Shown piece by piece: positions 55,913 to 60,134 of a DNA stretch of 60,134 nucleotides. Under the pieces are notes generated by a model. The model was given only the letters and a program-made list of their open reading frames with translations, had not been told where the DNA came from and did no database searches. Origin of the DNA: Bdellovibrionota bacterium (lineage in GTDB: Bacteria; Bdellovibrionota_C; UBA2361; OMII01); NCBI GenBank assembly GCA_044360225.1, contig JBIKKR010000001.1, positions 1 through 60,134 on the forward strand. Direction: 5' to 3'. The number at the start of each line of letters is the position of its first letter. Within the stretch, counting starts at the first letter, position 1. Position numbers and translations under genes: made by a program.

Positions 55913-56095
55913 AACTACACAGTCACACAGGCTGTGTCAATGTGTATTTCTGGATTGGCCCAGGGCCCGGAGCATTTCGGGGAGTATTTCCGGAGTCAGC
56001 ATTTAGTGAGCACCTCTCTCAGAGCGCGCGCATCTGGTCTTACAACCTTGTTGCTTATTTCTTCGATTTAGCTGAATACAAATCAGAAAATTAAC

Positions 56096-56298
56096 GTGTT
56101 TCGAGTCGACCAAATTATTCCCGCCTGCCGGCTTATTCGCCACTCTCGTGAAATCGCCGGCTGCCTCTCAGAGCGCGATGAGCCACTCCTCATCACGAAA
56201 AAAATCGAGGCTTCCTAGTAGTGATGAACGGTGATTTTTTTGAAGGGCTCCTGTCGGCACATTTCAAGGCGGCAACGTTGCAAGATTCTAAACAATAA
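56096..56298 (+). pseudogene. Phd/YefM-family antitoxin, frameshifted in an A7 run
   Basis: Frame 1 reads ...ACRLIRHSREIAGCLSERDEPLLITKK. After the A-run at 56198-56204 the +1 frame continues NRGFLVVMNGDFFEGLLSA..., which is typical Phd/YefM core sequence. No toxin gene follows. Confidence 0.4.
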
Positions 56299-56302
56299 CA
56301 GG

Positions 56303-56371
56303 CTTACCCGCGCATTTGTATCCTTATCGAAACTTCCAGCGGTTTCAAGTGTTTAAGCGGAGAACTGCGAC
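56303..56371 (-). mobile_element. MITE-like element, half copy D (left arm only, inverted orientation)
   Basis: The reverse complement gtcgcagttctccgcttaaacacttgaaaccgctggaagtttcgataaggatacaaatgcgcggg aligns closely with the left arm of copy A. Confidence 0.6.
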
Positions 56372-56583
56372 ACCCTCTTGCCATTACCACGAGCACCAAA
56401 AAGAAAAAGCTGTGTGATAGTAAAGACTTGCATAGTCTTTGGTACATATGCCGAAATTGCATGCGATTTTCGGTGCCTACACCATCGCCTTTAACCTAAC
56501 TAGAGCACTAGGGGTTTTGAACCTTTCAGGGGCGCAACTGCTCCCTTTCCGCAGCTTCCCGTGTAGCGAGGCATACCACCCGG

Positions 56584-56688
56584 TTGCGTTATCCGATTCG
56601 CGGGGTCCAGGTGTATCCACTGCTCAGCTCCTTTATGAACGGAGTGGTCTCTGCTTTGCGGTTTTGGATCTCCGGTGACCCCAACCGT
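56584..56688 (+). repeat. second, partial copy of the RAYT 3'-flank / first REP-array segment
   Basis: It aligns with 54256-54360 (ttgcgttatccgattcgcggggtccaggtgtatccactgc...gttttggatctccggtgacccc). Weaker similarity extends upstream into the last RAYT codons. It ends at the IS21 left terminus. Confidence 0.7.
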
Positions 56689-56804
56689 CTCAGAGGTGCT
56701 TATTCGCAAAAGATCGGCCACCTGTTCGCAGAAAGATCGGCCACCCCTGGCTACCCTGTGGATAACTCGGTTATTCGTGTGTGTATCCCCCTTTAGAAAA
56801 AATA

Positions 56805-57584
56805 TCAAGACTGTCGGAGCGAAGCGACGCGCTCCCCCTGGTGGAGCGAGGTATCTGGAGCTCTCAACTTACGCATGGATTCCCCAGAGAGCTCTATCCT
56901 GAATGAGTTGTGAACGAGCCTGTCTAGGATAGCATCAGCGGTGGTAGGGTCCTCGAATCTAGAGTGCCAAGCGGATACCGGAATCTGGGTAAGGAACATA
57001 CAGGAGTAGCGGGTTTCGCGACTCTGGAATAGTTCAAGCAACCTCCTGCCGTCAGCGCCTGTAATGGGGTCCAGGAGCCACTCATCAAAGACGAGCAAGG
57101 GAACCTTACGCAGCACCATTACTGTCTGTGGTAGCCTTCTACGTTCGGCATACGACTCCAGGTCAGCCAACCAGTGATTGGAGCGTTGGAAGCGAACCGT
57201 AAAGCCTTTAAGAATCAGACTGTGACATATCGCAGAGCCTAGATAGGTCTTACCAGTACCTGTAGGACCGGTAATAATTAGATTAGTGCCTTGTGAGAGC
57301 CAGTTGCCGTGCGCTAGTTCGAGCACTGTGCGCTTTTGCAACCCGCGCTGAATCGAAAAGTCGAGCTCTTCTATCGTTGCAGAATTCGGCAACTTGGCTT
57401 CTTTGAGCATGCGCCTAGTGCGAGTATCAAGACGCCTGGTGTACTCAGAGTCTATCAAGAGCGTCAGCCTATCTTCGAACGAGAGGTCCTGATACTGCAT
57501 CCCACTCATCTGCGTTATCAAAGCATCAACGAAGCCGGTGAGCTTGAAGCTCTGTAGTCGTTCAAGGGTAGTTTTAGGTAGCAT
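56805..57584 (-). CDS. istB: IS21 helper ATPase IstB
   Basis: 259 aa with Walker A GPTGTGKTYLGSAI and Walker B LLVFDEW. The size and the position downstream of istA are typical. Confidence 0.9.
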   Translation of the reverse strand: MLPKTTLERLQSFKLTGFVDALITQMSGMQYQDLSFEDRLTLLIDSEYTRRLDTRTRRMLKEAKLPNSATIEELDFSIQRGLQKRTVLELAHGNWLSQGTNLIITGPTGTGKTYLGSAICHSLILKGFTVRFQRSNHWLADLESYAERRRLPQTVMVLRKVPLLVFDEWLLDPITGADGRRLLELFQSRETRYSCMFLTQIPVSAWHSRFEDPTTADAILDRLVHNSFRIELSGESMRKLRAPDTSLHQGERVASLRQS

Positions 57585-57605
57585 AGTGTCCTTCTCCTGG
57601 TATTA

Positions 57606-59168
57606 TTAATGGTAATAGGAACTTCCTCGAATATTGTCGTGAGGGTGGGAGATATCGACTGCATTTTTTACTGCCGATACATCACCCTGTTTCTCAACGA
57701 GGAATTCGAGGATCTGTTTAAAGGCGCGTGCTGATGCGACTCCGCGCTCGTTTGCGCGGGTTGCTGCTGCCTCCGCAATGGGCGCACCCGCTTTTGTCGA
57801 TACACGCTGTATTCCCAAAATAGACCGGTAGCTTTGTTGTCTAAAGCGCGGGGTCTCGAGAATACGTCGCACGAGCAGCTGCATCTGCTCGCCTACAGTC
57901 TGTGCCCAAGCGACAAAGTTTTCTTCTGTCCAGCTCCTTACTGCAAGATGCTGTGGGGGCATGTGCGCTTCAATTGTGCTGAATTCATAGGGTTTATGGG
58001 AACGCCGATGGGATGCAACACGCTCGTTGTCACAAAATACTTCAATGAGCTTCTCGGTGCTCTTAATCATTACCTCCTTGCGAGCAAGGTAGTAGGGAAC
58101 CGAATATCGGTGTCTCTGAAACTCGATGTGATAGTCCATTCCGACTCGAGCGCGCTTCCATGACGCAACGACAAAGGGAAGTGCCGGGAGAGTCTTTAGC
58201 GCCCCCTTCTCAGCTGAGGTAAAAAGCTCTCGACGAGACATACCGTAGTCCTTCATAGTTCGTGAGTTTAGCTGCTCGAGCAATTCAGCTATGGCGATGT
58301 TAATATCCTCTAATGATGTAAAGCGTCTGTTTCTTAGCGGGGCTAGGATATCTCGCTCAACCTGCTGTACCGCCTGCTCGACCTTTGCTTTATCACGTGG
58401 TTTCCTCGCCCTGACGGCAAAGATTGTAGTGCTGTAGTGCTCCCCAAACTCCTGAAACGTCTTGTTTATATCGGGCTCATAGCGGTCGCTTTTTGTGACT
58501 CCAGATTTCAAATTGTCGATGATCACGGCTGATGTCACACCGCCGCAGTAGCTAAAGGCTCTGATATGGGAGTTGGTCCAGTCTGCTACTGTTTGACTGC
58601 GACTGGCTTCTGCGTAAATGAGGTTGCTGAAACCGAGACACGCCACGAAGATTTCAACTTTGTGTTCCTCTCCATCTCGTTCCCAGTAGGAGAGAGTTGC
58701 GCCGGTATAGTCAGAAAGGAGTAGTTCGCCGGGCGTATAGGCTTGGCGCATTACAACTTGGGAGTGTTTAATGTGCTCATGATACCTACGGCAAAATGTG
58801 CTGTAGCTGTATTCTCCTGTGCTGTTTGCTCGCCACTCTTTCCATAGCAGCTCCAGTGTGACTCCTTTCCGGGACATCATGCTCTTATGGACCTGCTCAA
58901 AGTCCGGATCGGCAACCTCCGCCCTAGAGCGTCCAGGGCGCTGTTTCTTAAACGCCTCCCTAAGCTCTGAATCGGTCATGATTGCTGCCCGCTCGTAGGT
59001 TATCCCCTCCACCTCCGCCGTTCGTAGGTACTCTTGAAGCGATGACCTGGCTACCCCGGTAGCTCGGGCTATCGCCCGTTGGTTAAATCCTAGTCCAGAC
59101 AGCTGCAGTACGTTCCGCACCCTCTCCATCTCGAGTACTCCCCCCTGTAGGTTCCTTCTTTTGCCCAT
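57606..59168 (-). CDS. istA: IS21 transposase IstA
   Basis: 520 aa with an N-terminal HTH (FNQRAIARATGVARSSLQEYL) and a DDE-type core. It is followed after 21 nt by istB. Confidence 0.9.
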   Translation of the reverse strand: MGKRRNLQGGVLEMERVRNVLQLSGLGFNQRAIARATGVARSSLQEYLRTAEVEGITYERAAIMTDSELREAFKKQRPGRSRAEVADPDFEQVHKSMMSRKGVTLELLWKEWRANSTGEYSYSTFCRRYHEHIKHSQVVMRQAYTPGELLLSDYTGATLSYWERDGEEHKVEIFVACLGFSNLIYAEASRSQTVADWTNSHIRAFSYCGGVTSAVIIDNLKSGVTKSDRYEPDINKTFQEFGEHYSTTIFAVRARKPRDKAKVEQAVQQVERDILAPLRNRRFTSLEDINIAIAELLEQLNSRTMKDYGMSRRELFTSAEKGALKTLPALPFVVASWKRARVGMDYHIEFQRHRYSVPYYLARKEVMIKSTEKLIEVFCDNERVASHRRSHKPYEFSTIEAHMPPQHLAVRSWTEENFVAWAQTVGEQMQLLVRRILETPRFRQQSYRSILGIQRVSTKAGAPIAEAAATRANERGVASARAFKQILEFLVEKQGDVSAVKNAVDISHPHDNIRGSSYYH

Positions 59169-59291
59169 TGACCCCTCCTAAAATACGGTTTGAGGGGTAT
59201 CCTGGCACTTTTCCACAGGGTGGCCGATCTTTTTGCGAATGGGTGGCCGATCTTTTTGATTTCAGGTGGCCGATCTTTTTGCGGGCAAGCA

Positions 59292-59644
59292 ATGGGTGCA
59301 AGAGCTTTGCAGAACGATACACCCCAAGTGACGGTCAGATCGACCTGCTGCCCATCAGTCAAACTTCTGTAAGCTGAGACTGCTGTTTTGGGATCGTAAG
59401 CAGCGTCCTCATAAATAAACTCGATGTTGGTGAATAGCTCAGGGTTGTCTTTCCTCGCCAGTTCAATGCAATTTTTTATTGCAATGCCGTAATCAGCAGC
59501 CGCCCCAGTCAATGGGAGCACAGCCCCCACCTTGAACTTCTCTTGAGCCGACGATTCATGACTGCATCCAATTCCAATCACTACGATTGTGCTGAGCGTT
59601 AGCACAATCGCCGATATCGATGACCGAATTTTTTGTGAGAGCAT
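59292..59644 (-). pseudogene. LivK-like substrate-binding lipoprotein, N-terminal ~118 aa, truncated by IS21
   Basis: A signal peptide plus Cys (VVIGIGCS) is followed by KVGAVLPLTGAAADYGIAIKNCIELA and DPKTAVSAYRSL. The family sequence ends at ...KALAPI, where the IS terminus begins. The rest of the 184-aa ORF is read-through of IS end repeats. Confidence 0.75.
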
Positions 59645-59815
59645 GATGAGATGACGTGCAGATTAAGTAAGCCACCTACGTGAATCGAACACGTGACCCT
59701 CTCATTACGAATTAAGTGCTTGTCCGATTCTGATAAAAATCTAGCTTATAAATCAGCATGTTGCAACGACAGAAGCAGCTAACTTTTGAACTGACACAAA
59801 ACTGACTCAAACGTC

Positions 59816-60049
59816 TTATTCCGAGATAGGAAGAAAGCTGCCGTTTTCCACTCTCTTCAACTGAATTGGAAACTCAAAGTATGAATCTCCGTCGCTACTA
59901 TGTTGATACTTCGCAGCGCCAGTGACTCCAACAAGCGAAGACTTATCGCTCTTAAGTGCTTCCAGAATCTTCTCAGAACTAAGTCCAGAAGAAGCTGAGT
60001 TGAAAAGAGTTCGAAGCATAACCGCCAAGTCGAAAAATAGGAAAATCAA
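59816..60049 (-). pseudogene. C-terminal fragment of a LivK-like substrate-binding protein
   Basis: ILEALKSDKSSLVGVTGAAKYQHSSDGDSYFEFPIQLKRVENGSFLPI resembles the C-terminal lobe of this family. The frame is closed upstream by a stop at 60101-60103, so only a fragment (or a frameshifted gene running off the window) is present. Confidence 0.4.
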
Positions 60050-60134
60050 TCGCTTTTCTGTAAGTAGCTGAACTCTGGTAGCTGTCTGAGGATCTGTCGA
60101 TTAAAGTGATTATGTTTCAGCCGAGATTGCCCAG

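Larger units (their letters stand above)
56697..59291 (-). mobile_element. IS21-family insertion sequence (istA-istB)
   Basis: The termini are TGCTTATTCGC... and ...GCGGGCAAGCA (TG/CA ends, related inverted repeats). Subterminal repeats of GGTGGCCGATCTTTTTG occur three times at the istA end (59219-59235, 59242-59258, 59265-59281). They occur twice at the istB end (56707-56722, 56729-56745). No flanking direct repeat is found. Confidence 0.85.

Noticed and set aside
59090-59644. 184-aa ORF read as one protein.
   Set aside because: It is chimeric. Only residues up to ...KALAPI are binding-protein sequence. The rest is read-through of the IS21 terminal repeats (PQKDRPP repeated) and overlaps the istA start.

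Overview
This is a 60-kb chromosomal segment from an unidentified, moderately GC-rich bacterium that appears to be diderm (lipoboxes, SctJ, BatA/MoxR, LemA). I found no rRNA gene, no convincing tRNA gene and no CRISPR array. The layout from left to right is as follows. (1) 0.1-6.9 kb holds a tightly coupled plus-strand operon for a type III secretion-like export apparatus. It encodes an FHA/zinc-ribbon protein, SctJ, two small ORFs, SctQ, SctR, SctS, SctT, an SctU that stops after its membrane domain, and a TPR chaperone-like protein. No ATPase, SctV, secretin or needle gene is visible. (2) 7-14.6 kb carries housekeeping and envelope genes: a DUF2233 glycosidase, a stand-alone nuoF, a poly-Gly lipoprotein and two large polytopic GT-C-like proteins. 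(3) 14.65-19.4 kb is a visibly AT-richer accessory island. It contains a 184-nt palindrome and a 155-bp direct repeat flanking an AAA+/DUF4143 (PD-(D/E)xK-like) ATPase. It also contains a TrmB-family regulator gene that has lost its start, and a second DUF4143 ATPase. (4) 19.4-53 kb is ordinary core genome: GT2, EamA, a LivK-like binding protein, icd, lemA-TPM-TPM, moxR-DUF58-BatA-VWA, a Q/G/E-rich membrane protein, mltG, ruvX, an M23 peptidase, cinA, phoH-HD-ybeY, divergent paralogous membrane proteins, ilvA, and a GT-C plus GT2 pair. The intergenic regions of this block are seeded with a MITE-like foldback repeat family (3 full and 2 half copies) and a shorter roughly 33-nt motif (3 copies). 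An Ile-rich leader peptide plus a terminator-like hairpin precedes ilvA. (5) 53-60 kb is a mobile-element graveyard. It holds a RAYT-like HUH/Y1 transposase with a GTAG-containing REP-like array that truncates an aldehyde dehydrogenase gene. It also holds vapBC, a frameshifted phd/yefM-like antitoxin, and an IS21-family element (istA/istB, 3+2 subterminal repeats, no target duplication) that truncates a binding-protein gene, plus further gene fragments. The most unusual candidates are the minimal T3SS-like cluster with a C-terminally truncated SctU, and the repeat-bounded ATPase-nuclease island. All functional calls rest on motif recognition by eye and on gene order. No database search was run.
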